This document shows positions 37,480 through 50,493 of a DNA stretch of 64,000 bases, in pieces. Under the pieces are notes generated by a model. The model saw nothing but the letters and a program-made list of their open reading frames with translations. It did no database searches and was not told the origin of the DNA. Each line of letters begins with the position of its first letter. Position 1 is the stretch's first letter. The stretch is from Utricularia gibba (taxonomy: Eukaryota; Plantae; Magnoliophyta), in NCBI GenBank assembly GCA_002189035.1, contig NEEC01000020.1, positions 496,001-560,000 on the forward strand. Direction: 5' to 3'. The position numbers and the translations under genes are program-made.

Positions 37480-38289
37480 AAGCCATCACAGTACCTCAAT
37501 TCTTTTCTTCAACGCCTGGTTTCTTCGTTACACGACTTTCATTGTATTTTTAATTAAATAATCAACAAAACGAATAGCATCAGAAGAAGGTAATTCTGAT
37601 AATACCCTACGAAATATGAAAGACAGTAGTTCAACGCTTGCCAAATTCTATCTGAAATCATTCCAAAAATTCAGTTATGCATACTGAAAAGAGACGAAGT
37701 TCATAGAATGAACATATGTTCGGTTGTCGAGAGTCTAACTAGATAGTATTGGCATCATCTGCTTCATGTGAAATGCTTACGTTTTGATCCCGGTCTAACT
37801 GAGATCAATAGACTCTTTTTCATCATCCCGTTAACCAGATATGTGATTACACTCTGCTGGCACTACCTTGAGAAGACTTGAGAAGAGCCCTTTGTAGAAT
37901 CCTCGTAAGCTTTCAACTTTATAAGTTCTCAGAAATAATCCCACGTGCTGCTGTACGATGCACCACCACTCTCAGAAATTCTGTTCCAATATGACAATAG
38001 TTTCAAATTATCAAAGCTTTTATGTATCATGATACCCTATTGCTGATAAAATAACATGACCAAATAGGGAGAGATAGACAGAAGAGGGGGGAAATCTTTC
38101 AGTGAAGGAATAATACAGATCGCCTTCTCTTTATACCAGAGTAATCCATTGGCCATGTTGACTATGCTAACAGCTGGTAACAATGCTTGAGTCATCTGCT
38201 AACACAAAAGAATTTCTTTCCAACCATCGAATCTAAAGAAAGAGGACATACATCCAAAACGGGACATAAATAAAGAAACTGCCACGACT

Positions 38290-38660
38290 GTTTTACGCAG
38301 AATGCATCCATTGTTCTCCATACCAGTAACCTGGAAATTCTGTACAATTCAAGCACCTTATCATCCATATACTTCCTAAACTCCTGAAACTCAGCCTTCC
38401 CAACACGATTCGCATCACACCCCAAAAAAACTCCCTCGCAAACCTATAATCCGCAGGAAATTCCATCACCGAAACCCCCTCTTCGATCTGACCTGAATCT
38501 AAATATCCTGCGTTACTCGAATCGAAAAAACTGAACATATCGCTAACCCTCACTTCCCTCTCCTCCCCCGTCTCTCTCAAAGCGCAGAGAACGTGCTCCA
38601 TCGTCACGGTAACCCCGTTTTGCTTTACCGGAGCACAACGTCCGGTGGGTCCGCCACCCG
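38290..38660 (-). pseudogene. Truncated, doubly frameshifted fragment of an EF-hand Ca2+-binding mitochondrial ATP-Mg/Pi carrier (APC/SCaMC family), first-exon region only
   Basis: The minus strand reads ...PVKQNGVTVTMEHVLCALRETGEEREVRVSDMFSFFDSSNAGYLDSGQIEEG...FAREF(F) /fs/ CDANRVGKAEFQEFRKYMDDKVLELYRI /fs/ FQVTGMENNGCIL. This parallels the APC N-terminus as I recall it (HVLLALRET.EERD.RIRSLF.FFD...[39 protein letters not shown]). There is no in-frame ATG at the expected start and no downstream exons or carrier domain before the CER3 3' end. Confidence 0.82.
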
Positions 38661-38846
38661 CGGTGAGAAGCTCCCACGCGCCTAGGCAAGACTCACGGAA
38701 TTGGGATTTTTCATAAATTACAGGTGCGATTTTTTCCCTGTTTTTGGTAATAAAAATATATATTAGTTTATTGCAAAATTAAAAATTAAAATAAGAAAAA
38801 AAATTGTACTTTCACGAGGAAAAAACCTTGGCGGGCTTTCGCAGAC

Positions 38847-38873
38847 AAAAAAAAAAAAAAAAAAAAAAAAAAA
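38847..38873 (+). repeat. Poly(A)27 tract in the promoter region between the APC fragment and TAF1B
   Basis: Run of 27 A read directly from the sequence. Confidence 0.9.
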
Positions 38874-40297
38874 GGAAACTAGGGCAACCATCATGTTCTT
38901 CCTCCTAGAGGTAAATTCATGATCCCGTTTCCGCTTATCTCGGTAAGACATCCGTCGATTAGTTTGTTCATTGGTAATGCTGATTGAGAATTGGTATATT
39001 GTTTCAGCTTTTGTTTTTTTCTGGTTTCACGGTGCGGTACGTATTCCATGTTTCTGCTATAGGTTTTTAGTTTTTTTTGGGGGATTTCTGTTCTGGACTG
39101 AGCTAAACCTGCCCATTTGCTTATTCTTTGATGGATTTTTGAGACGTTGAGTTAGAATGGTGTATGGCGGGATAAAAAAAAAAAATCTTTATAAGGTGGT
39201 GCCAAAGCAGATTCACTGTCTTTTTTCTGAAGAAGTTTTTTCCTTCAGAAGAATCACTGGAAATGGAGTAAGGAATTGGGGTTTTTGTAGATTTGCATTA
39301 CCTTGCTGCGTTTATTCTATTTGATAGTATAAGGCAGAATAAAGCTTACTGTTTCATCATTTCTTCTCTGAAATGGAATCTCTGATTTTGATCCTTAATT
39401 GCTTATTTTTTTTGTATGAGTTTTTTATTTTTACGAAATACCTCTGTGTGAGGTGGTTTTATTTTTTCATGGCTTGATAGACACTTACACTCATCATTCG
39501 TGTTACAGATGACTTCAAAATATTTGATAGCATTGCAGTTTGCCCTACCTCTCCAGAAATGGTATGCTCTTTTAATCTTGAATACTTTTTTACCATAAGA
39601 GTATGTTCATTAGTCCATTTGGGGAACCACCTTTCACACAACCATGAATTGTTGATCAAACAGCATATGATAACCTAAAAGCCATTTTCCCTGTGAAGTG
39701 GTGTTTAGGGGGAATTGCTTATGTGCTAGGATTTTCGTCCCATCTTGTGTTTCCTCAATAAATTTGGTGTTCTTTCGGTTCTTAATTGGTTCCATCATTT
39801 GATCCATTTCGCCACTATGTTTTTATTTTCTGTGAGTTTTGTTCAAGTTAAATTCAAAGGATAGGTCATAATTGGACCTACATGTGCTCCGTGATTCATG
39901 CTAATGCATCAGTTGCTTTCTTAGGGTCCAAAGATTTGAACTTTCTTCTGCTTCATGAATTTGGAGGGACGGTGAAAAGCCTAACTTCAGTCTGAACGCA
40001 ATAGTAAAGCGAATTCAATAATTTTCTCCTTGCATCACGGATTTTTTCAGCAGTCCCTCTGTTAATTCTGTGGAATAAGATTCATGCACATGGTAAGAAG
40101 AGATATCATAAAGGTATTTTTGAACTTTCTTACCTGTTTCCCTATTTGTGTAGTGCTTTGGGCCCACGACATTCAGTGTAACTCGTGTATTTTTTGGGCA
40201 TGTAGATCAACTTTTGTATGGAGTTAAGGGATCATCTTACGTGGAAATGTTGATACACTGAGGCAAAAGAATTTATTTAATCTTATCGGTAAGGGCA

Positions 40298-42573
40298 ATG
40301 GCTCGTGTAGTTGAACATTATTGCGAAGCTTGCCGTGCTGTCACTCCTTTTACAATGTCGGATGATAGCTTCTACTACTGTGGATGTTGCTCTTCACAAG
40401 CAGATGATATTGTTGATACTGGCGTTGATGAAGATCAAGTTTTTCAACACTACACAGGCACAGGCAATTTTCGGAGCCGTGCATCTAACAATCTGATTGC
40501 CGCTGAACCTGTATCTCAAGTAAAATTAAGTGAATCTCAGTTTTTAGATCTTCCTACTGTTAACCCAGATGATGCTGGAGATATTTTTGGCGATGGATAT
40601 GAGCCTTACAGTCCAAGAGACATTGAGTTGGCACAAAAAAGCTATACATATGAGGAATATTATACTGAGATTAGGTCAAGATACCTCGCAGGTCTTCAGA
40701 TTATGATCCAGTTGCAATGTCAGGTTTTAGTCGAGGAATATAATGTCAGCCCTTTAATCATTGGTCTTGTTGGGCCACTGTGGCTGAGGTTTCTCTCCTC
40801 CACAGAGATTATGTCTGCTGACTGGTCAGAACGGGCTGTTCATGATTCTGAGTCTCAGAACCAAGGTGAGAGCTCAATGTTTTCTGTGCTCTGAAGTCAG
40901 TATTATCACTCCTTAAAATTTGATCAAGAAATGTTTCAGTTCAATGAACTAGGACAAGTTTCTTATTGCTTGGGTTTTCCTGTTTTATTTTGTAGCTGAG
41001 GTGGAAGAGTTCCAACCCAGTGCTAGTCTAGGTGGAGAACCGGTGAATATTTATGGGAAACGCTTAGTACTTGTGTGGTATAGATCTCTGAAGAAAACAG
41101 TACCAATATCTATCACCCTGGCTCTCTCTTTCCTTGTGTGCCATCTGACTAGGGAGGCTGTCATGTCGTCTGATATTTTGAAATGGGCTCTTGAAGGGAA
41201 GCTTCCTTATTTTTCTGCTTTTCTTGAGATTGGAAAGAAGCTTGGACCGGCCTCCGGTGCATGCTCATTCCGCGACAGCTTTATGTTTAGACCTGTCCAG
41301 TTTATTTCATTGCAGAGTTTTGAGTCCATGGCAGCTGGTATTGCTCAGAGAATTTCATTGGAGTTGCCTCCTATTAACTTTTATGCTGCGGCTTCTCGAT
41401 ATTGCAAGCAATTGTGCCTTCCCGAGAGGGTAATACTTCCTACCGCCTGCAGGATATGCGAATGGGCCATGCCTCCAGAATTATATCTCTCAGTTTGTGA
41501 GTCAAGGATCCCAACCCGTGCCTGTGTGATATCAGTTTTGATTGTGGCAGTCAGACTTTATTTTGACATAAATGGCTATGGTGTTTGGGAGTCCACTGTA
41601 TCAGATCCACAGTCACCATTGTGGTTGAAAAATAAAGGTGGTTCAAGAGATGGCAACAACGACGTCTCGAGATTGATCAGTCTGGAGTTTCTGAAGATTC
41701 TCAAGGAGAAATACATTAAACCAGACAATGCACCTGGTAAAATTTTTTTCGGAACTTGATGAAAATGTTTTTGTTTCAAAAAGTTCTTCTTTTGTCTCTA
41801 GAAAGCTTTTATCAGCATTCCGCTGCCTGCAGATTGTCACTCTGACCTGGATACATATCTTCAATACTGTAGAGAGGTGGTCTTCTCTGGATTATGGCCA
41901 TCCAGAGATGATGTCGGGGAGGAAAGTTTGATCAACGGATTCTGGGATGCTTTTAAGAACAAGGTAGCTGTGTTTGATTACATCTTCAACAAACTAATTC
42001 TCTACAGGGAAATCCGAACCGCATCTGTGTTTTTTTTTTTTTTTTTTTTTTTGCTTGCAGAGACCACTTGATCAAGAAATGGATCATCTCGGAAACAGCC
42101 ATGAGGAAGGTGGATTAGAAGAAGCCAATGAATTCATAGATGGTCGGAGCGATGATCCCTTTGCTGAAGCTGGTTTTCAACCCGATGAAAACAAATGCAT
42201 CATGGATCATTTCAGTTTTAGTGGCTGTGAAGAAGAAGCTTCGGTGGGTGGGCGCCGGAAAGAGTCACTAAGGGAGAAGGTGGTGATGCAACTGAAGTTG
42301 GACATGAACGAACATGGATTCCTGTACATCCCACCAAGGGTTAACATCAAAAGGCGAGACTACCTCCATTACGCACGGAGAAGGAAAGAAGTGTACCTGT
42401 ATGCAGTACATGCGGATTACTACATCATACTTCGATCCTTTGCAATGGTTGCACAGGTCGAACCCAGAGTGATGCATAATGAGGTTTTGCGGTTTGAGAG
42501 GCGACTGCATTGGCTCGAACAGAGAATGGATGGGGGGCCTGGAGTGAACACTAATGGCATCTCAGACCACTGA
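40298..42573 (+). CDS. TAF1B: RNA polymerase I initiation factor TAF1B/RRN7 (MEE12-like), 4 coding exons, ~650 aa
   Basis: Exons: 40298-40865, 40996-41736, 41833-41963, 42061-42573. It has an N-terminal zinc ribbon (CEAC...YYCGCC), cyclin-fold-like segments (LQIMIQLQCQVLV, SDILKWALEGKLPYF, LELPPINF, PTRACVISVLIVAVRL) and a C-terminal YIPPRV...YLHYARR...VHADYYIILR motif. Confidence 0.88.
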
Positions 42574-43054
42574 CGTGTTCCAAACCATATACCATTTCCA
42601 CATTGGATTGGGGCTGCTGCTGTATGTTGAAAATGTTGAAATGAAATTTCCATAGGAGAAGGGTACAAGCTGAGCCTCATTGAACTGTTTTACCCTATGC
42701 AGCACCCGACCTGGAGCAGACGAGACATCGAAGCTATGACTGCAATCGTCAGAGCTCATCAAAACATTTGATACCCTTGTGAGTCACATAGTGAATAGGC
42801 ATTTGATCCTGCACTCATGGCTGATCGAAGCTGCCCCTTTTTTCCTTTTTGCAAAACAATGACTTTTTACTCTGTTCTATAACTTGATTCTACTTGAAAT
42901 ACATCAAAACTTCAAGCAAGCCATGCTCAGTCGATTTCTATAAACGGTTCGATGCATAAACAACTACCAACCCAACCTTACGCAAGCATCTACAGGATTT
43001 CAGATAGTAAAGCATCCGATTCTTGACTTAGTGGAGGATGCATAAGGATATCCA

Positions 43055-43604
43055 TCACTGGTCCCTCATAGCTGCACTAAGTTTATCGAATACAGTCTGG
43101 AGAGTTACCTCTTCCACAACAACGATTTTGTCCCTAGACTTTGATCCGGAGGCTATGGAAACTTGACGCCTTTTTACTCCGATAACCTGTTCATAAAAGA
43201 ATAAGCTTAAGAAGATTGCTTACAATGTTTCTTTGTGAAGTGCACGAATTGGGGTAAAGGGCAACATTACAGAGCTAATAAAATCGAGGATTGCGGCATT
43301 GGCTTCACCGTCTTTGGCGGGAGCATCAATTTGGAGTCCCAACGCTTCATCGTTAATATCTGGTGAAAACCGGAGAAATAGGGAAGCTGAATGGTTGAAG
43401 ATCGAACAAAAATAAGGTCTCCGATACGATTAGCTGTCTCACAATACCGGTTATGGCGGCAAGCTTGGAACCGGGCTTGGCGTAGACGGCGATCGAGACG
43501 GAGGTTGGAGACAGAAGACGTAAGCAACCCGGATACACCGCGGCGGCCGTCGCCTCCTCCGGCTTTCCCTTCGATTTCTTCTTCAACTTATTGACTGACG
43601 ACAT
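43055..43604 (-). CDS. DUF167 / YggU (UPF0235) family protein, 3 exons, 125 aa
   Basis: Exons (minus strand): 43604-43448, 43359-43271, 43186-43055. Motifs: [45 protein letters not shown]. Confidence 0.92.
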
Positions 43605-44305
43605 GAAGCCAGTTCGACGATATCTCCTGTCTCCAATTTAAATCAGAATATATGTAATTATTATATTTCAAATAATATTTAAAAATTCAAAATATTTAAA
43701 GACAAGCACACGTCATTTTTCTCCAGTGTTCATTCTTTTAGTCCAACAGAAAGAAGATTCGAGTCGCTCCATCGTCTCATTCCCTCGCTGAACCCCATTG
43801 GTCGGGATCCACATTCGGCGGAGTTATCAAGAAGTCGCCGCTTTTCTTTGCGAAGCGGCGGCATTCTTGGAGGTTTCGACAGTTTTCTTGGTTATTTTTC
43901 CGACGGAATTTTCGGTTTCTGTAGTGCCGTAGAAGTATCCGTTGTGTATTCTTGTTTCTTGCGGATTTGGTATCGGAAAACCATGTTTCTTGCCTGGATT
44001 CTTGTAAGGAACATTGTAGGCGTCGTCTTAGTGATGCATGCATCGTATCTTTTGATTTTTGGTGTATGCGGACAGATTATGTTGTTGCGCGTGAGTGTGC
44101 ATGTTTTGCTGTTTGTTTCTTGTGTAGTCGTGATTTTTACTGTGAGTTCTTTTATCCTATTATCGCGTCGAAGTTTTCACTTTGTTTATAATTGGCTTCT
44201 TCTCGCAGATTGAGTGTCATTTTCCGTTAGTGTCGAGCGGTTTAAGAGTTGAATGAAATACGGCAGGCGGTAATCGTAGAGGAGCTCCGTTTTTACTTCG
44301 TCGCA

Positions 44306-47300
44306 ATGTCTGGGTTTTCAAATGTACTGTTTTGTCATTTGATGCATTCTGGTATTTTCACTCGATCTTGTAATGCCGTTTACATTTGATGCTTGCTCAT
44401 CATGCAGTCTTCGCTCAGTAGTTCCACATCAGGCGTTTCTGGCAGCTCTATTCGCTCATATTCTTCACCCTATTTTGTTCGGCCGGATTATGGTACCGCT
44501 GCCTTTTATCCCTCTGGTGAGTGAGGTGTTAAATCTGACCTGTTTGTAGCATACATTTTGTCTCATTTTACTAAATAAGTTATCAATGCGTAGGAAATTT
44601 ACAAGGACCACCTAACATTCGTGGGAATTTTAATGCTCCATATATGCCCAGTTCACCTGGTGTTCAGGGATCTTACAGAAACATTCCATCGAATGTAGTC
44701 CAGCATTCTATTGGAAACCTTCATGGCGGACAATTTGATCCAAATAGCCTCCCATTTACCCCTTCTTATGGTAATTCTCAGGTGATGGGGAATACAGGTG
44801 CTACGAATTTCATTGGAAACCAAGGATATGACAGTAGCACATTAGGTTACCGGCCTTATGTTCCAGGTCTACCTTATGTTCCTGGGGCTCAAATCACTAC
44901 GTCAGTAGGGAATGTAGTTGGTGGCATGAATTTTGGAAGAAATTTTAGCGCTGGGAGTGGACTTCCTCCATCTGGAGTATATCCACGCCCAAATTTAACT
45001 GCTGGCATTAGTGCAGGAAATATGAATGTCCAGGGAGAAAATAGGATGATGCTGAATGTGCCTCAACAAGGTAATACTATTTCCCCTATAGTGTCCTTCA
45101 CCACGTAATCTATCATTCCTCAATAAGCTTGCTGTTTTTCCACCATGGTAGTAGTGAATGGCATCATTTGTTGCTTCAATATTGTGTTCAGAACAATGAT
45201 TTGGTTCCCCTTTTCCTGCGACAAAGTATATGGAAAAAATTGGATGCTTTCTGTTCAGGTACCCCGCAGGTATTATCAATGCCTAGCAGTTCCTATCCAA
45301 ATGCAGGTGGGCCTTTACCACAAAACCAATCTCAGCCAATTAACAATTTTTCTAGCACGGCTATGCCAAATGATGCGAATTCCAGTGATGGTCCCTCTAT
45401 TGATACGATTCGTTCCCCTCAGTGGCCAAGCCGTCCCAGCTCAACTGGAGGAACTCAAGGACAGCTTGGTATTTCTTTATATTTTTCTTGTCTAGGCAGC
45501 AAATGTCCCATCATTTCCTTTTTTTTTAATGAGAAATTGAATTTGATGCAATGCAGGTTTGCCTTTGCAAGCTGCTAGTCCTACTGTTCAGCCAACTCCA
45601 GAATTCAACATACTAAATGAGAATTTTCCACCTTTGGGATCAAAAGGTTTGTATGCTCTCTTTATTCATTTGAAGGGAATCCATTTTATTATACTTCACC
45701 ACACCTTTCTGCATATTCTTTGGACGCACATTGATGGTCTATGTTTGCCAATCGAGTGAACCATGCAGTGTCAGTGATCATGCATTCACTTATGATGTAG
45801 GGGGGGTGTCCTAGTCTATTTTTAGATCTGTATTCACTTTTTCAACATCAGACATTTAGCCCTATGCTTCTCTGAATCGGTTAATGTACAAATCATGTCA
45901 AATGCATTCTGTCCTTCCATGCACCATGCCTTTTCATTCTGGAACCCAAACTGGCGATAATGGATATCATGGAAAACATTGTCTCTAGTTAGTTTACAGA
46001 ATTGATCATTGAAGGAATACTAGTTTTCTGCAGGCAGCAAAAATGATTTTTCTGTCGATCTACAACGAAAAGAACAAGTTCATGATAGTTCTGCACCAAT
46101 AGGGATGCAACGTCCACAGTCTTCTGTAGGAACTCATTTAGAAGTCCTGCATAAGTTTTAGCATATTTCCTCAGAGCATGTAACATAGGAACTGACATGC
46201 AGATGGGCAGCCCTTCTGGCGTCAACATAAGGCCATCCCACACGTCACGTTGGCCAAAGCAGCAACAGAAACAAGCTTCCTCAGCAGGTGCCAGTACAGC
46301 GTCCATTTCTGATGCTACCAACAAACTGCGTGGTCCAGATATGCCGTCGCACTCTAGTTCTCATTCACAGGTAAGCACCAATTTTCTATATTGAAGTGTT
46401 TAGATTACTGAAGACTCCACTTTGAAAATTCGCTCATGCTTCTAATTACTACAACATTAAATTTATTAGCATGATCACTTTCCTCGGCTACAAGTTTTTT
46501 CTTCTGTTTTCAATGCTTCTAGGGCAGTGCCGCCTCACCCGGTGCAGGAGCACGACCTGTGAATTCTTCAGGGTCAATGTCTGGCGCAGCAAGGTCAGGC
46601 AAACAGGTTTTGCCACAATACCAGCAGCAGCATCAAACTCAGCTTCCATTTCGCACTCAGCAAGCAGCCGATCAGCCGGCGTACCCATCAACTTTTCAAG
46701 CATCATCTACTCATGCATTGGATGTGCCACAATACCAGCAGCATCAAACTCAGCTTCCATCTAGCACTCAGCAAATGCCGGCCGCCAATCAGCCTTATAG
46801 AGATCAGTCGGCGTCCTCATCAACTTTTCAAGCATCTACTGATACATTTGATTTGCAGGGTCTAGGCAGTGTCATGAGAACGAGCAATCCTGATTTGGAT
46901 CTTCTGTCACTTGGAATTGACCTCACCGATCTCGGACTTGATATGAGTTCTTCTGAAAGCCTTTATAGAACATTTGCTTCACCCTGGTCAGATGAGCCTC
47001 TAAGGGGAGACCCAGAGTTCACTCTTCCCTCATGTTATGCCACTCCAACTCTACCCTTAACGGTGAGCATTTCCTTCCTCATGATGTTCTCCTTTGCAAG
47101 CATTGTATTGATGACATGCTCTTTTGTTGCAGCCGGCGAATTTCCCTAGATTCCAGTTGCTGACACTCTTCTATATTTTTTATAGGTTGCGTTTCTTCTG
47201 AACATGCTACGTTTTTCATCCGAATTTTTCACTGCACACACATGCGCCCCTTTGTAACTTGTGTTGTTATGCAGTATGCCAAGGGATGAAGCTCAGCTAC

Positions 47301-47707
47301 TCGCCGCAAAAGAACTGTACGTTTTTTCTTCATCCTCCGTCGTTTTAATCAACGATGGTGATAATGCAGTCATCCTAATGCGTGCCTGCTGCATCCAGAT
47401 ACGACAGGGGCTGGTTCTTCCACAAGGAACTGAGACAATGGCTTTCTAGAGTGCCCACCCAGGAGCCTCTTGTGAAAACACCTTCGTACGAAAGAGGTGT
47501 GTACTTCTGTTTCGATGAGACTTCATGGAAGTTCACCCACAAGGTATTTCATCACTCGTGCTTTTCGAATCCTTTTATTCGATGCAACGGACGCATAACC
47601 TCCTCCTTTTCCAAGCGTTGAATCAATCCATGATGGCTGTGCAGGATAACTTCATTCTCCAGTATGATATGGTGGCACCGCTGCCAACTCTCCCGCCGCC
47701 GGCGTAG
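44306..47707 (+). CDS. NOT2: CCR4-NOT subunit NOT2-like protein (VIP2/NOT2 family), 12 exons, ~668 aa
   Basis: Exons: 44306-44323, 44408-44516, 44594-45070, 45259-45468, 45557-45646, 46034-46125, 46203-46370, 46523-47062, 47133-47185, 47275-47316, 47399-47543, 47645-47707. The C-terminal NOT-box region reads LSLGIDLTDLGLDM..LYRTFASPW...EFTLPSCY, LFYIFYSMPRDEAQLLAAKELYDRGWFFHKE. N-terminal exons are less certain because the sequence is low-complexity. Confidence 0.88.
46612..46857 (+). repeat. In-frame internal tandem duplication (114 nt + ~132 nt) within NOT2 exon 8
   Basis: GCCACAATACCAGCAGCA...TCAAACTCAGCTTCCAT...CACTCAGCAA...ATCAACTTTTCAAGCATC occurs starting at 46612 and again at 46726. 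Confidence 0.9.
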
Positions 47708-48622
47708 ACCGTTTCGCCTTCAGGAATACTAGTAGCAGCAGTGTAGGCCCGAGTGAAGATTCATTCTTTTGAGGCCTTGGATGGATCCAAATATGCTCCT
47801 CCTCCTCCCCATTTGCGGGTAGTACAACTGGTATGTGAATAAGCAGTAGTACAGAAATAGAAGAATCTACTCCCATTTTTTGCAGGCCTTTAGGTCTAAC
47901 ACAACAGGGAATGATAGTGACATGTTGAGATCACTGATTTGAGTAGTGTGTGGATAGCTGGCCACTCCAAACAACACACCCACTCAATCTATATAAAATG
48001 GTTTCACGGGCGACGGCCAGCCGAGCGTGAGCAGTTTACCACTTGCACAAGAAACTCCACATTAATGATCTTGAAGTTTAATAAAAGGGTGACTTTAGTC
48101 ATTACTACGCGATTCCAATGTTCAAGAAACCGAACCAAAAGCCTCCGGAACCCGAGTAATGCATTGGGTTCGAACCTGCTACTTCTAACTCAGTCATAGG
48201 AAATTGGCGCACAGCATTCACATAAACCCCAAAGTTCAATGCATCTCAACTCAAATAAGCATTTCCGATGTGGGATCTTCTCATGCTACAGCATCCACCA
48301 AAGACAACTTATTCACGACAAAAACCAATGGAATAAGCACAAAACCAACACTTCCAGAAACTGATAAACACTTCACTCTGATGCAGGCTTCTCTCTATAC
48401 ATGGTGAAATTTTTACGTATCGATACGTAACTTCCTGGAACCCTCTGTTCAAGTCCGCCATGGCAGCAGAGATGGTCTAGGGACAAAACCAGCCAAGCAC
48501 CACCACCACATTGCTTGTTACATACAGCCCTTGTGGCTTTATCGACTCGCCTCGAAGAGTTGTTCTGTATGGAGCAGGTTCTTACATCTACTGGATTAAA
48601 CTCATAGCTGGGGTTGCAAATA

Positions 48623-49872
48623 TCAGAAAAATCTCCTCCTGAAGTTCCTCGTTGTGGCTTGATACGATCGCATGAGGAGGCCAACGCCTATTCCAACACC
48701 GAGGCACATACCTAATCCTATTCCTACACCCACCCTTACTCCGGCATTAAACCATGAAATTTGGCCGTCTTCATCAGCGTACATCATGTCTTCTGAGTAA
48801 TACCGGGGAGGAACCTTCCTCTCTGAGTCGTCATCATCATCATCAGACTTCATGAAATGCAGAAATAAGAAGTCAGCTGGGCAATCATCATGAAAGCTAC
48901 AAGAACAATAATCAAGGACAGAGTATGTGGATCAATTTTTTCTCAACATCAGAAGAATGGCATCTGGAGACCAGAAAGCTTCAGTTATACTCGAAGAAAA
49001 CAATGGTTTCTCTACTACACCAAATCTATAAATCTCTTAAACATGATAATGAATATAGGTTCTTCTTCAACTAAGAAAAGAACAGCATGCCTGAAATGCT
49101 TTACATAATTGAACAATAGCAAGCGCGATCCTAATAATCTCCCACATTCGGAATTATAAAATAATGAAAAAGAGATACACAGAAGCATAAAATTGCTTAC
49201 AGGAAACTTTATTTGGCTTATCAGACCATTGGTTAAATTCCTCTGCCTCTTTCCAAGCTCTTCATCCTCCGGTATGGCATCAAGCATTCCCTGTCTCAAC
49301 ACCTTCTTCCTTGGGCTAATCGAAATCATCTTACTTAGGATGACCGGGGCACCGGAGCAGCAGCCAGCCACATAAACCTCGATCGACGGAGAGGAAATCC
49401 AAGACCCAGGTTGAAAAAGGTTAGAATGGCCAGTCACGGTAGCACCGGTAGCGGCGTAGCAATCCATACTCCACCTAGTTCTCGAATCATTCTCCATCGT
49501 AGATTCATCCCTTTCCAGAGACCCACATAGAATCAAATCCGAATCTTTCCTGTCTTCACACACCTCGATTTCTACAACACCGGATATCTTTACGCTATCC
49601 GTACTCACATACGTAACCTCCGACGAATCCCTATCCACCAGATCACGCCGCAGAGTTATCGACACCTCATCAGATGAAGGCACTCTCGCGCCATTGATAT
49701 CCAGAAAAACACCCACTTCCCTGCGGAGATAACGCAGAATCAGATGCTCTGGGAGGCTCTCCACCGCGCAAGGAACAACTCTGACGTAAAACAACCGTAT
49801 TTCTAAGCATCCTCCGGAGAAAGCCCGGGTCTTGTAGATCGTTAACTGTAAGTTTTCCTCCCCTCGTTCCAT
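48623..49872 (-). CDS. Uncharacterised At1g01500-family protein with a C-terminal Gly-rich transmembrane segment, 2 exons, ~298 aa
   Basis: Exons (minus strand): 49872-49201 and 48847-48623. Motifs: LEIRLFYVRV, LEINGARVP-like, VTYVSTDSVKISG, SIEVYVAGCCSGAPVILSK and EDGQISWFNAGVRVGVGIGLGMCLGVGIGVGLLMRSYQATTRNFRRRFF. The exon 2 acceptor is a weaker AAG. Confidence 0.88.
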
Positions 49873-50493
49873 TCCGAAATCATCAAACTAAGAACCACCG
49901 CATAACACTGATTCGATCACCGGAAGCATCGAACAATATGAAGAATTCCGGATTCCAGGAAACTGGGTTGGGAAATCAAGATTAGAGCGGATAATTTGAG
50001 ATAAGCGAGGCCAGGAGAAAGGAGAAGCGCGTGGTTGCTATGCGCGCACGTGAGCGTGGGAGATTTCCATGATGGCCGCCAGCTGTCGCGGAGGATTAGC
50101 GGTAGATACGGTGCTTAATTAATTTAGGTATTATATTTAAATCACTAAAATAATTTTCAGCCGCAAATATCAAATACATATATTTATGGATTTACACTAT
50201 TTAGTATTTAATTATAAAAGTATTTTAATTTTTTATAATATTTAAATTAATTTAGATTATATAAAATTAAATTAAATTAGATAAGTGTTTGAATTTTTGC
50301 AAATAAAAGGCTTAATATATCGATTTAAAATGTTATTTATTTAAATATAAATACAGCCTTACTTTAAATAGATAAATTTTAAAATCACTTCTAAATCAAT
50401 TAGTTTATTTTATTATAAATGTTGTTTAAAAATTAATTTTTTTAAATATAAAAAAACTTAATTCAAATAATCGCATAACAAATCAATCACTCC

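Noticed and set aside
43777-44213. ORFs of 79-121 aa between DUF167 and NOT2
   Set aside because: These are low-complexity hydrophobic translations of the U-rich NOT2 5' leader and intron.
48160-48185. GGGTTCGAACC resembling a tRNA T-loop/B-box (also GGTTCGAAAC near 54860)
   Set aside because: There is no A-box, acceptor stem or cloverleaf around either site.
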